A stretch of DNA of 64,000 nt, taken from contig OZ037767.1 of NCBI GenBank assembly GCA_964035545.1, forward strand, positions 12,633,801 through 12,697,800, read 5' to 3'. Below are positions 1-14,100 of the stretch, piece by piece. The notes under the pieces were generated by a model. The model saw only the letters and a list, made by a program, of their open reading frames with translations, had not been told where the DNA came from and made no database searches. A program made the translations under genes and the position numbers. Positions within the stretch are counted from its first letter, which is position 1; every line of letters begins with the position of its first letter. This stretch comes from Bugula neritina (lineage: Eukaryota; Animalia; Bryozoa).

Positions 1-231
1 CCTAAATCCTACAGAGCCATGTACATGACTAAAGACACCTAAGAGTTGTTGAATCTATAAGATATGTTCGATATAAAAACATTTTCTATAGCATATGTCA
101 GACCATCTAATGGATATAATATACTAGTCTATACTAATATTACCTGTAATATATTAATACTATACTGCAATAAATAATCATAACCAAAATGGACATTTCA
201 ATTTCAGCAAGTAAATTCAAGCCAGACTCAC

Positions 232-3200
232 TTTGCAGGAGTTACGCTCTCCTCTAACATGGTAGACTCTTCGTCCGCCTCAAGTCCATAGTGATCTTTG
301 TCTTTTTGCTGTAATATAAGTCATACTGTCTAAGTTAGACTACACAGACTGGCACATTGTTTCCAGTAGCACCACATTAGAAAGTATACAAACACAGAAA
401 TGACAGAAAAGAGAACTCCAGCACTTTCTGATCTTATTACAGTAAATAAGTAACTTCTAAACAAATCCTAGTTTATATGAATAATAAAACATTCTTCAAA
501 GCAATTTTATATACATTTGTTTGGTTTTTAAAAAAAGCAATTTATTTCATACTCAAATATTTCCATTTCTTGACATCTTTATTTAATCAAGGTAATCACA
601 GCACAGAATTTGTAAAAATAGCATTCAATCACAGATTTAATATGGAAGATATATTCATCATATTAACACACACAACATCTCACTCCATATACTACAAGTA
701 ATGCATTACACTAACCAATACAAGTAATTTACATTACATTAACCAATACAAGTAGTACATTATACTAACCAACACTAGTAATGCATCACACTAACCAATA
801 CACATAATAACTCACTCTCTTCAATATGATGTCAATGTAACCAGCTATCAAAGCACTAATCTGTTCTCCTTCCGAGGTCTCCACGCTGTACAGGATGTCG
901 TGATCACCAAAGTCAAGGTTGAAACTTTTCGGAGATGCAGCCCAGCGCAGTACATGAGTCAAGGGCCAAGTCTGTGTATCATACACAATAAGAATAAACC
1001 TTGTGCAGGGAGTTTAGATAGTAATACAGTGCTCTCTCCATATCTCACGGATTCAATTCTCATGAAACTCCACAGGTGACAAGACGGGCTTGAACCCTAG
1101 TTACGTGGCTTATGAATGTGTTTATAGGGGCAAAATGGCCTAATTTAACGAGATCCGTGCGTTAAATATGATATTCTACTATGTCACGAATTGAGGTTTT
1201 GGCAGTCACAGCTTAGTGAGATACGGGGAGCAGTGTATAATTGAGCTTAAAAACTGTTTAATGAAAGGCAAATAATAAGTTGAAGGCCTTTATTGGTGCT
1301 TACAAAAGAAGTACTGTTTAACCTTGCATAATACAGTCATGAGACACTTTAGTATTTCTAAGAGTATATCAGCATGTGACTCCCTAATATATCTTTATGT
1401 TATACAGATTCTGCAAATTTCAGCTTTTCCAATGACATTTAAAAACCAATATGACAGAAGACCTTGAAACAAATCAATGAAAAAAGAAACTACTGAGCTC
1501 CAGAGTTGCGATGCATGACACAAAAATATATAGTTATTAGTGGGTAAAATATATAGTTATTAGTGGGTAAAATATATAGTTATTAGTGGGTAAAATATAT
1601 AGTTATTAGTGGGTAAAATCAACCACAGCAGTTTTAGGTGCCTGAGAAAAAAAATATAGCGAAACAAGTCCATGACTTTAATGAACTAGGCATGTGGAAA
1701 GATGATACAATTAGATAAGAGAAGAAATATCACAATACAATAACATATATAGACAGCTGATACATTTTCAATGAGCACAGTTTACCTGTAAGACTTCTTT
1801 AGTTTTTTCATCTACTCTCACTATAGATTCCTTGTTGACTCCAAACAGCCGAGGAACCAACTTACGTGACGTCTTCATTCTCTCCTAAAACAGAGCCTTA
1901 TTTCATGTGTACTCAAAGCAGACCTACAGTTTTAAGTACTTCAACTTGGAAAGTAAACAAGTAAAACGCATCCTGATAAAAAACTAACTGTATTAAGGGG
2001 ATTGAAAGGAGCGAATTAGTAAAATGTCACACAAACCAAAAAAGGAAAAGATATACTAATATTTAAAAACTTTTATTTGAGGTGAGTGAGAAAACATTAT
2101 GTGTATTGCGACCTTCCTATATACCATTCTTTTAGCTGGATGAGAAAAATTACTCAGAATTGGAACAATAATATTAGTCTCTCCCACCTAGACTATGTAT
2201 AATATTAGTCTCTCCCACCTAGACTATGTATAATATTAGTCTCTCCCACCTAGACTAAGTATAATATTAGTCTCTCCCACCTAGACTATGTATAATATTA
2301 GTCCCTCCCACCTAGACTATGTATAATATTAGTTACTCCCACCTAGACTATGTATAATATTAGTTACTCCCACCTAGACTATGTATAATATTAGTCCCTC
2401 CCACCTAGACTATGTATAATATTAGTTACTCCCACCTAGACTATGTATAATATTAGTCCCTCCCACCTAGACTATGTATAATATTAGTCCCTCCCACCTA
2501 GACTATGTATAAAATTAGTCTCTCCCACCTAGACTATGTATAATATTAGTCCCTCCCACCTAGACTATGTATAATATTAGTTTCTCCCACCTAGACTAAG
2601 TATAATATTAGTCTCTCTCACCTAGACTAAGTATAATATTAGTCCCTCCACCTAGACTAAGTATAATATTAGTTACTCCCACCTAGACTGTGTATAATAT
2701 TAGTCACTCCCACCTAGACTAAGTTTAATATTAGTCCCTCCCACCTAGACTATGTATAATATTAGTCTCTCCCACCTAGACTATGTATAATATTAGTCTC
2801 TCCCACCTAGACTATGTATAATATTAGTCACTCCCACCTAGACTAAGTATAATATTAGTCCCTCCCACCTAGACTATGTATAATATTAGTCCCTCCCACC
2901 TAGACTATGTATAATATTAGTCCCTCCCACCTAGACTAAGTATATTAGCCCTTCTCCCCTATACTAAGTACACTTCGTGTAGAACATGGTACTCACTCTA
3001 ACTAAGAAGAAGGTAATCCCGTAAGTTTTAAGAGACCTGGCCAGCTGCGTGTACCTCACTTTGGCTTCTACTTCACTCAGACTATACAACTGCCTATGCT
3101 CCTGGAATATCTTCTTCTCAACGCTCTTTGTTTTTACGTATTCTTTAGGCAAGAAATCTTTTAATCTACAAAACATGTTGATTGCATTAAAATAAACTAA

Positions 3201-6200
3201 AACAAATTTAAAATTTTATTTATGTTAAAGCTATACCAGTTATGCTCTCAATATTGTCTCTATGCTATCATATTACACGCCAAGTCAAAGTTCTATACTA
3301 ATTTGTTATTAATTTAGAAAAATTAACTAGAACTAAAAACAAAACATTCTAAATTTATTCTCTTTCTCTCTCCAAAATCAGGCAGCTGGTTAAAAAGCAT
3401 GAAGGTAAATTTTTCTCACCAATCTCATATTAAGAGTTATACTATCCTGAACTTTACCAAACAAGTAGATATGAACACGCAGACGAGCCACCCCATTGTG
3501 CTCTTCACCAGCCACATGACAACATAACAGTCACTATACATGGGAAGTAGTCAACACTGTATGTCTACTCACTCAAGGAAACCAGGCTTGTGTTTGGTCT
3601 CCACGTACGGCCCAAACTGAATGTGACATTGGAAACCAGCAAACTGTACGGCTTCTTCCATGGTGACTGGGTGAGCCCCGTTCAATATGGCGTCTCTCAT
3701 CTGATGCAAATAGAATAAGCAGTAATGGTTACTTTAGATCTACTACATTGTGTGGAAATAGTGTAATAAGTATGTATCAAGTATGTAGTAAGTGAATACT
3801 AAGTATGTAGTTATTATATAGTAAGTATAGTAAATATAGTAAGTATGCAGTAAGTAGTGTAAGTATGCAGTAAGTAAAATTTTCATACAAGTCTACCATT
3901 TAAATATCTCAATTACAACTTTACTGGACACTCATATCACAGAGCCCATTTCATAGCAAGTAAACAAATATATATAATAAACAGAATAAATCAATCTTAA
4001 GCTAGCTGAGTCTTCACAAGAAATGTTGGGAGTCATTCAGCTAAATATATATAAGTCTGCATCACTTGTATGTGAAGATGACGTTGCATTTCATACATTA
4101 CTGCATACAGCACTATATTTACATACATGTGTATACACATGTATATATACATGTATATACATGTATATATACATGTGTATATACATGTATGTACAGGTAT
4201 TTATCTGCATACATAAAAGATGTGTATGATAGACAGTGTATGTACATGTACACACACTTACTAGCATGTATATTATGGGCAGTGTATATACACATATATA
4301 AACTTACCTGTACATATACTATGAGCAATGTATGTCCACATACACACACTTACCTGTACATATAACAGATTCAATTGTATCGGGTCTCTGGCATCTATAT
4401 TCTGGTCAGAGAAGAAAAGTTTTCGTTTCAACAGCAGAGTATCTCCTTCTGTGACTGACTGCTCCCGCAACGTCTTCCCGTGATCCAACCAGTTCACTGT
4501 CAGTAGAACACAACTCCTTACATACAACTCCAGGGAACACAACTCCTTACATACAACTCCAGGGACACAACTCCTTACATACAACTCCAGGAACACAACT
4601 CTTTACATACAACTCCAGGAACACAACTCCGTACATACAACTCCAGGAACACAACTCCGTACATACAACTCCAGGAACACAACTCCGTACATACAACTCC
4701 AGGGAACACAACTCCTTACATACAACTGCAGGGAACACAACTCCTTACATACAACTGCAGGAAACAAAACTCCTTCCATACGACTCCAGGGAACAAAACT
4801 CCTTACATACAACTTCAGAGAACACAACTCCTTACATACAACTCCAGGGAACAAAACTCCATAGACTAAAGCTCTATAACTACAAAACTCTATAGAACAC
4901 AACTCCAAAACACAACTTTAGAAAACACAAGGGGGATAAAATAATAAAGATATGTATACTGTAGAGGTGGAGAAGGGGATAAGACTGTGTATACTCTAGA
5001 GATAGGGAGGGTAATGATGTATATACTGTATGAAATAACTCAGTAACGCACATGCTTGTTGAATTACTGAGCAATGAGGAATGTCCACAAGTAAACATTT
5101 AGTTCTGTGTAGTATAAACATCAGCTACTAGTCATCTCATGATATCCAGATGGCATAAAAATCTACAGCTTTGAAACATGCTTCAAGTATGTGCTATCAG
5201 AGGTATTTATCACATAAAGTAAACATCCATCTATGTAAGTCAGTCATGTGGTACTAATAAAAACAATGTAAGGAATAAAGGAATTCTACTGCTGCCTATG
5301 TACACAATAGCATTTCCTCTACCAGCTAGTTTAACCATGAAACAGCCAGCAACCAAAACCCAAAAGATAAAATTACTCTACATCTGTCTAAGCTTTGACA
5401 ATGTTCAACCTACAATATTGATTATATATAGACTGAAGAAACTGCAAAGACAGGATGCCAGTATAGAAATCTACATCGATAGCGTAACATTAGTCCATGT
5501 ATAGCTTTCAAATCTGCGTTGATTAATAAAATATCAACCAGAGTGGATGTATTTAAGTTTGACAGAAGGTTTTTCGGTATGCTCAAGATTAAAGGATTTT
5601 CAGGGTACTAATAGAATTGCCTCCTTTACTTACATTCGTCATCTGTGTGTAACTTCTTTTTCATTTCCTCCAGTTTTTTCCTCTCCATCCTTGCTATTGT
5701 AGACTGTTTCTTTAGAGTAGACATATTCTCCTTCTCTTCGGGTAATTCAAATATAAGAGAATATTCATCGTGATTGGTGATGCCTAAACAAAGAGAAGAT
5801 AACCCTAGAGACAATAACTAGAGGGAGGCTAACACTTGAAAAATATACAAAAATGAGCAGCAGCCAGCAGCATTCTGGCAGCTATGTATTGTCATTCTAG
5901 CCAACAGCATGGAGTGCACAGTTTTTGGCAAATAAACTTTGCATTACCAGAATTTTAAACTTAATGACTTGGCTCAGTTAAAAGAGATACTGAAGGGCAA
6001 CTATTAAAATAGTATTAAAAATATAAAACACACCAATGAAACTTTCATTAAATAACTTTGTTACAACCAATTAAAAGATAAAATTACTGAAGATAGTTCT
6101 ACAAGTCCTGACTTTTTGAAAAAGCAATCAAAATGAGCAAATTGTTGAAAAATAACCAAATTTCAACAAACACAATCTCATGAATCACGAAAAATACTGC

Positions 6201-7991
6201 AGAAAACATCTACTTACCAATCCTGCTGCAGATCACCACCATGAGCTGACTGACCATGTGACTATCGTCCACCTGTAGCGTCTTCACAGCATCGTCTAAC
6301 ATACGCACTCTCAGAATTCTCATTTTAGACTTGTACTGCAGTATATCCTGTAATGAGAGGAGACAAATCCCAAACAATAGTTTTACTAACTGTAGCAGTC
6401 CACTGTAGCAGAATTTAAACAGTTTATTGACAGAAAATTAGGTAGAAGCGTTGGCATGGAAATATCTAATGAAAAAGTCATGAAGATGAAATGTTACAGT
6501 TGTACTAATATAATAGCGAGTGTTTTACTCAATAAATTTATTATTTGACGTTACAAATCTCGTGAAAACAAATTTGGCTCCCAAGTATTCATAAAGTGAA
6601 ATGCTGACTTATTCAACTGATGCTATTGATATTGTACTTTAATCATCAAAACACTGTCATGTTAGTAAAACATGTGCTTACCCCATTTCTTAGTAGATAG
6701 TATTCCAGAGAGCGGGCATTGTCCAACCACACCCCTTTCTTAGGGTCTTCATCCGCAAGAAATAGTCCATACTCTTGAGCTAAACAAAGTATCAAATTGT
6801 ATTCAGAATCTTGTTTGAAGCAAATATAAAATATTTCTCAATATGCAGTATTTCAACATATATAGAAAGTTGGAAACATTAACCATGTTGTTATGAACAG
6901 CAATATGACCCGAGCATTGATTACCATCCAAAGCGTTAAACTTTATATACACACAATACAAGGGGAACAACTCTTACTTGCCGAATCCTGTATCAATATT
7001 TTTAGACTGGGGTCTTGATCGAAACTCGAGTAGTAGCAAGACAGTTCAATAGGTTACAATACATTAATAAGTTATCAGGCTATTAAACCAAACTTAGCAG
7101 CTGTAACTGAATTCTCACAAAAAGTTATAATAATTATAATATATATTCACACGAGAAAAGATGAGAAACACTAAACTAAACCCATAAGATAGCATATTGG
7201 CAGAAGAAGTGAAGACTGCCTGCTAAGGTATTAAGAGTTGTGTGCACTTGCACGGTACTTACGAGACAAGTCAACTGGAAAACTATCTGTTGGCAAAATA
7301 TGAATTCAACTTTTACAATTTTAAAGGAATAAACAACAAACAATAGATTTATATGTTCCAGATTATCAACTTTGTCAAAAGCTGGGCAAAATATAGTAAG
7401 CATTCAGCCCCTCAATCACATGCCACTTACAATCCCATGCTTAGCTGCAGGTGCCCTATAGAAAACATGTGCCCTAAACAGAGATCTGACAGCTGGTTAA
7501 GACATGTCAAACCAGGTACTCGTTGATGCAACTAAATGCAACATGCAAACTACAATATTCCTTTGAATTATTCTATAAGCAGCTCCAGGTTGGGGGTGAC
7601 TGAGTGCAGTAGTTTACGGTTCTCTAGTTTAGAGTTGCGGGTTTCCATGAACCCCAACTCTAAACTCTAAACTACAGACTACTGCACTCAGTCATTCTCT
7701 CCACTCAGAGCTCGTATAGAACCATTCCCGTGTCAGTTGATAAAAATTTGTTTTAGAAAACAGTTTCTCTTTTCTCTTCTCAACAACACAATACGACAGC
7801 ATTACAATAGAGGCAGCAAGGATCAGGCAATGAGCAGCAATATCAATATCCTTACGATTTCCTCTGTTTGCTTCCTGGACTTTGTGTCGTATGAAATTGC
7901 AGGCATCAAACACCATCATGCCAGGCTCAAACTGCATGGTCTTCACCTGCTGACTAGTGTCAATGCATATCTTGAGAGACAGAGTGGCCAT
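232..7991 (-). CDS. TLN: Talin, N-terminal FERM head (F0-F3) and start of the linker; 3'-partial, continues beyond the left edge
   Basis: Ten GT-AG coding exons with compatible phases: 7991-7856, 6779-6682, 6347-6218, 5783-5634, 4496-4354, 3700-3573, 3165-2997, 1884-1786, 971-816, 308-232 (about 428 codons). Diagnostic talin peptides: MATLSLKI..KTMQFEP, EYGLFLADEDPKKGVWL, GITNHDEYSL, KKLHTDDELNWLDHGKTLREQ, FFSDQNIDARDPIQLNLLYVQ, LARSLKTYGITFFLV, RWAASPKSFNLDFGD, EGEQISALIAGYIDIILK. The ATG exon has a splice acceptor at 8045-8046, so a non-coding 5' exon lies further right. Confidence 0.97.
1027..1235. mobile_element. Tc1/mariner-pogo-type MITE in a talin intron
   Basis: TA|CAGTGCTCTCTCCATATCTCAC ... 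GTGAGATACGGGGAGCAGTG|TA: imperfect TIRs beginning CAGT, with a TA target duplication. Confidence 0.7.
1524..1618. repeat. 23-bp tandem repeat, 4 copies
   Basis: AAAATATATAGTTATTAGTGGGT repeated perfectly. Confidence 0.95.
2168..2950. repeat. 31-bp minisatellite, about 25 copies
   Basis: Unit ATAATATTAGTCTCTCCCACCTAGACTATGT with minor variants. Confidence 0.97.
4506..4920. repeat. 28-29-bp minisatellite abutting a talin splice acceptor
   Basis: Unit ACACAACTCCTTACATACAACTCCAGGGA, about 12 copies, then decaying. Confidence 0.95.
7597..7694. repeat. 98-bp foldback hairpin in a talin intron
   Basis: TGACTGAGTGCAGTAGT / ACTACTGCACTCAGTCA is a 17-bp perfect inverted pair. It encloses AGTTTAGAGTTG / CAACTCTAAACT (12-bp perfect) and GGGTT/AACCC around a short loop. 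Confidence 0.8.
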
Positions 7992-10900
7992 GTTTACTCC
8001 GCCTTAACTTCCTGCCTGACGAGGCTTCCAGCTCAGTTCAGCATCTGCAATCACAGGAAACGGTGTCACAGAAAGGCACTATTTTATAATGCAATTTCAT
8101 TTCTGATTTTAATCTTGAAAATTACTATAGGTCTAGAAAAGAGATTTGTAGTTATGATGTGCTACAATTTAACGCAAGCTTTTGTTATGAAAATACTGAA
8201 CATCTGTGGTTATCTAGACATATACTACATTCAAGTTGACACTGGAACTATAAATACAATAAAATACATTCCATATATATAATAACACATTTTTATTTGA
8301 AATAAGATATTTATATAAACCAGATAAAAGAGAAGTAATTCAAATATAAGCATGTAGTAAAACTTTCTATTTAGGTTTGTGACTAAATATGGCATAATCT
8401 ACAGAGGCCTGGTGTGATTTGTCCATTCGCAACATGATGACCAATGACTGCGTGAGTTACAGTTGAAAGCGGATAACAGAAACCAATGTCATTCCTTTTC
8501 ACAGACTACATGTCAAGTGGAGCAAGTCAATTCAATGATTCCTAGACCAGAATTTTTACTTTATAACAATAATTGATCACTAAAAGTTGTTAACGCTATA
8601 CTGACTTCCCTGATAAATCTACAAAAAGTAAAACTCAAAACCTGATTAGTATGTATAAAAATAGTTCTACAAAGATTCGAGATAAATAATGTAGAGACAA
8701 CTCCTTCTAACTTAAACATGACCCAAATATCAGGTTTCCTAAATATCCTCAATTCTAGCAGATAACTTGCCTGACTATAGAATAAAACAATTCTACTCAA
8801 AACTCAGATCCAGGTCATAAAACACATATAAAAGGACCAATTAGAGAACCAGAACTTCAACAGAAGAAACAAATCCTGATATTTTGATTTAAATAATGGA
8901 AGAGAGTTGCTAATAATAGTAGAGTCCCACATTTAAATGCACATCTGCCAGGTCAAAGGTGACAGCAGCAGCACAAATTAGAACCATGAATAGTCTATTA
9001 TAGGAAGTGTATTGAATAAGTTATGCAACATGTGGAAGCTGTGTGCAATATGCTCCAGTCTTCATGAGCTTGCTCCATGTATTAAATGGCAGGTTTTTCA
9101 GACTTTACTGAAACTCATCAAAATCATATCAATGCAGAAGCTAACTTTCTAATAGTAAAATATGACTAGCTTAGTCGTTACTTGACACCTTTTGAAAGCA
9201 GATCTACTATTTCCCTTTGACTGTATTATGAAACCTGAGATAGTCATCACAGGCGAACAATTTTCAAGAGCAACTTTTACAAAGCAAGGCAACATGGTGA
9301 AATTTTCAACTCATCAAAATTGAATCTTGGATTGACAATTGTGAATGTATAAATGCCCTTCACCTTCAATTTCAGTAAAACTCGAATTACTTACAATTTT
9401 TAATCTCAAGGACTAAAATATCGTAACACAAGACGCACTCTGCCCTTATGACCTCACACTACACAATAAAGTTCATAATCAAACACTAACACTGCTGTCA
9501 CAATACATACAATTGGCCTGGCTAATATATTCAGTCTGAAAACTGTGATATGATCTCCACTTGTTAAGAATTATGCTGCCAGTCCATTGAGAATTGGCAT
9601 CTCTTTGTTCTAACCTTGTTTATAATAAATTACTAATTAGTGCAAAGTTGCTGCAGGTACTTGTCTACCTACTGCCTTGTTTATTTGACATAACACTGCA
9701 GCATGCGTCTTTCTATATTTGTTTAACGCATTCCATGGGTCGTTGAGAGATCGCACAGTGCTTTAATATGTCCAGTACTGTAATAATCCAGAAAATATAC
9801 CTGAACAGCACGGTGGCAGGCTAATAGATTACACAGTAGTTGTGACTCATTCATACTAATTCAGTTACTACTAGTGTTACTACTAGCTACTACTACTATG
9901 ACAACCACTACTAGGATAACTAATATCACTAGTACAATAGCAATACTGCCAGTAACTATAGTAATAGTAGGACTACTAGTACTAATACAAGCAGTATTAA
10001 TACTACTAGTCATGCTACTACTACTGCAAAAACTATTGCAGTTATAAGTATTGTAAGTTATCCCATTCCAGGATAAGGACTACTGCATTCCCACTTGCCT
10101 ACCATTACTACTGTGACAGCTAGACTTGTACTCCAGTACTAGGTGCTGGGTGTGTAACACATAACCTACATATATACAGTGTAACCAAACACCTAGATGA
10201 GTAAAATGCCTTCTCATCTAACAACAACACAGTTTACAATGCAGCAAATTCTTTCCTTTCTTACACTTGTAACTCTGTTATAAAAGTCAACTAAGAGACT
10301 GAGTACTGCAGTGATTTATAGGTGGCTAACACGGTATGAAAACAATAGTCTGCATAGTAGAAGCTTGTAGGAGCATAATAATATTGTATTTACACACACT
10401 GTGCATACAGCATTTCAGTGCAGTAGTGTATAAATTATTTTACTAGCCTAATTTCTACAATTTTCTCAATAAATTTCGGTTTAGGGTGGTTGAAATTCTT
10501 TCTAATCTACAACACAAATTCTCCATTACAGCACCTAGCTAGCATACAGTGGCAGTTGGTGGTAATATGTATTTAAGATCTCACTATCTATGCTGTAATA
10601 GATAAGCTACTACTTTGATCAGTCAACAACTCTGTTAGAAAAGTAAAGCTCAACCTAAACTACCCAGCATTCTCTTAGATCTAGCACTAAGTCTATACTA
10701 CAACAGATTAAACTACCAGCTAAAGAACAGGTTCAGTGAAGATACAACTGATAGTTGATTGTAAGGGTGAAGATGAGACAAAAGATATGATGATTGGTAA
10801 GGAGCTGAGTAAAGGAGAAAGCTCAAATGGTGCTGACAGTGGCAGCAAAATAGTTCTAGCATACCGCAAGAGTGAGCTTGTTATATAACATAACACAGAA

Positions 10901-11169
10901 ATGAGAACATGTTGGCAATACTACTAGTATAAGAGATTATTATTCTTAAACATGATGCAAAAACACTGAGAAAATCCCATGTACTAAGTGAAGTCATGCC
11001 TTATTCTACCTACAAAACTGACTTCAACATTTCAGCAGTGAATGGTGGTACATACATGAAGGTCTACAGAACAGAGCATGCAACTATTTTAGTTGTTGGC
11101 ATATCTAGTATCAGTATGTCAGAAGTCAGAGTAATATATAATTAGTTACAGGTAGGTAAAAGCATAACT

Positions 11170-11183
11170 GTTTCCATGGTAAC
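11170..11183. promoter_or_regulatory. Consensus RFX X-box
   Basis: GTTTCCATGGTAAC matches the palindromic X-box consensus GTTNCCATGGNAAC exactly. Confidence 0.5.
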
Positions 11184-14100
11184 TGTGATCACAGCCACAA
11201 CACTCCTTCATTAGCATGAGCAGCAGAGGGTGGGGAGAGAGATGACTAATCTACACCAACACAAAGCTTCATCACTCAACAGTCAATACATTATTCCTTA
11301 TAGTATCTGCATTTTTCAACGTATAAAATTATTAAAGAAAACTTGTGTATTATCTCCCCACACTTCACTAGCCAACACAATATCACATATCCTTAGGACC
11401 AGGCGTAGAGCAGGTTCTGACCCACCCTTACCTCTGATGTCTGTATAGCGCACAGCTTGTATCTGGAATACGGCTACATGTGAGACAGAAAAATAGGCTT
11501 AGTACCCTTAGCCAGTGTAAAGCCCTATTACAATTAAATGGCCAATAAATATCCTCTACTTCAAAAGACTTAAGTTGATTCCAGATGATATCAAGTTTGT
11601 TATCCAAATAAATGCTGATCTAATCAATTAAACTCAACATTTAGAATAATTTTACTCTACTTGCTAAACGTTATCAGCTAAAACTATGGATTTATCTACT
11701 ACTAAACCATTTAGGTGCAAATTTCAATAGCTTAAGTTGTTTAATCACTTTTATGACTTTTAGGTTGAAGTAGCCTAGGGGTTAAAATTCTCTCGAAAAA
11801 TAACTTATTTTGCTAAAACTAAGTCTGCCTCACTAAACCTAGTAAATTTAATAACTACTAGCTGTCTACTACTAGCTAGTCTAACTGAATATATGATATG
11901 AGAATCACTGCGTGATTTGATATCTAGGTTACTTGAGATAGTAAATTAGCGCAGCCTTTAGCTCATCCCAACACACATAGCACAGACATTTTTATCAGGC
12001 ATTCATTAAGAAGATACAGGATCAAATTTATGATATAACCTACTGCAGCTGTTAACACACATTGATTTCTGATTAATCCAACCAACACTCAATAATAAAC
12101 ACTACAACTTGCCCTACTATAAAAAGTGAGAGGTTCATTATTCAGAATAACTATGTCAATTCTAAACAGAGCACGTTGAACAGCTCTTATGAAAAGGTGC
12201 AACTGAAAGTTAATTTTAAATAATTCAAAGCATGCCAGGCCGAATTAGTAATAACAGCTTAAACTTCTCTAAATAGAGGATATTAGTTGTGTTGGCCATA
12301 ATTAAGATGCACTGAGTCATTGAATTTGTTTAATTAAGTTATGCAATTACATTTCAAAAAGTATAATTATGATTATGAGTACTAATTCTGTTGTACAAGC
12401 AGAAGCAGTTGTTTACAATGACTAACTGTTAATTTAACAGTGATAAATATTTATCATTGAAATGGGTATACTGATAGGAAATCGAGTATAATATAGGAGC
12501 ATCATATAATATAGGAGTATCATAGTATCAAATCATAGAAGTTGGCTATTTGCCTACTCGAAAGTCTAGAAACACTCAGTTATCTTCGCATCAGTGAAAA
12601 ACTAACAACCATGATAATATGCTGCCAACTTCCAGGCTATAAAAAGTTAAAAATAATCACTGGAAAATGTTTGAGCAGCAAATAGTCATGCAGCCAAAAT
12701 TGCTTCCTTGTATAAATATGTGCTCTGTGAATGGATAGAGACTTTTCCAGAAAGGAAACGGCAATAACATGCAACATATATTAAACTTATTGTTAAAGTC
12801 TAAAGTGATATTTGGAGCTAGACGGTAGTTGACAATATTTTCTGCCATTTTGGATAGTAAATCAAAGGCATCCTAAAAAATGTTAGTAAATAGTCACATG
12901 TACTGAGGTCTGAAACACAAGGCTAGTCGGCTTGTGCCGGCAAAAATTATCTAAACAAAGGACAGCAATAATGGACTATTGACAGTTTTGAGTTCTGAGT
13001 TCATTCAAGATGTAAAACTTCAGACCCCTCCCCCTCTTCCCCCCCCCCCTCCCATTGTTTGGGCTGCTGAGAATCCTCAGGTGAGCTCACAAATTCCAAG
13101 TGAGATTAATGATTTGTTTATACAAACATTATGAAATAGTAAAGTGCTTACACTCAAAACTTTTCCATTCTTAATATTTCACAGCTGCTTTGCACATCTT
13201 ATGATGTAGATTTACACTATATATTGTATCCAGCTTTCAGGTTAGTAGTTTGCTCACATATACAACTTCTAATATCTTAAATAACAAGGCTGGTTTACCT
13301 AGACACTTACAAAAAAATAGTTGAATACATTCCAGAAAAAATTATCTATTCAGTTTTTTTGCAAAGTTTGTTTCAAACTATTCTACTGATGTTTCCAAGC
13401 ATGCCACACTCCCAAGAGATGCAGCTGTACAGCAATTTTAATATTATTATTGTATGTACAATTTAAAAGTTATTCATCAGGTAATTTTTCATTGAGTATG
13501 TCTACAGTAATACTATTATGGAAGTGCTGAAATATTTAGGCCATATAATACAGAGTAATGGACTTGAAACTGTACAACCTAAAAGTATGAACCAGTGGTG
13601 TTGGGTTACTCGCAACTTAATTAAAGAAGTATCCAGAATTCAACACCTACCTAGCTGCTAGTGTATGTATGCTCAATGCCTTTCTATCTAGCTTCATATA
13701 ACACAGTCAACTGCAGACAACATATAAAGCCTGAAGAGCACAGCTGACCCAGCGAAATGCACTTTAATATTTGGAAGATACAGTAACATAGGAGCATGAA
13801 ATACCCTAAGAATATAATATATAGAATATGCTAATGCGGAAGTATCTAGCAGGAATCTCCTATGAACAGAGGTTATCCATTAGAACAGAGCATATAGAGT
13901 GCATATATTAAACATTGCTCAATAGCTTGGTAAGCATTAGGCTAGTCTAGTACTTTCTAGATCTCAAATACAGTGCTCTTAACCTCTACAGCCTAATCCG
14001 AATGATAAAAAGGAGGAAGTTGAAAAGATCTTTGATATATTCAAGCAGCAGAACATATTCACCAAAACAGTCTTATCTGTGATAGTCTAGCTATGACTGC

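Noticed and set aside
2168-2950. CRISPR-like array: 31-bp repeats with an internal stem TAGTCT..AGACTA
   Set aside because: The units are directly adjacent with no unique spacers, there are no cas genes, and it lies in a eukaryotic intron. It is a minisatellite.
4023-4908. Several overlapping ORFs rich in Y/I/H/C/V
   Set aside because: Low-complexity TA/CA sequence and a minisatellite. Only 4354-4496 is a real talin exon.
7737-8282. 181-aa plus-strand ORF
   Set aside because: It is the antisense shadow of the first talin coding exon, has a non-ATG start and shows no recognisable motif.
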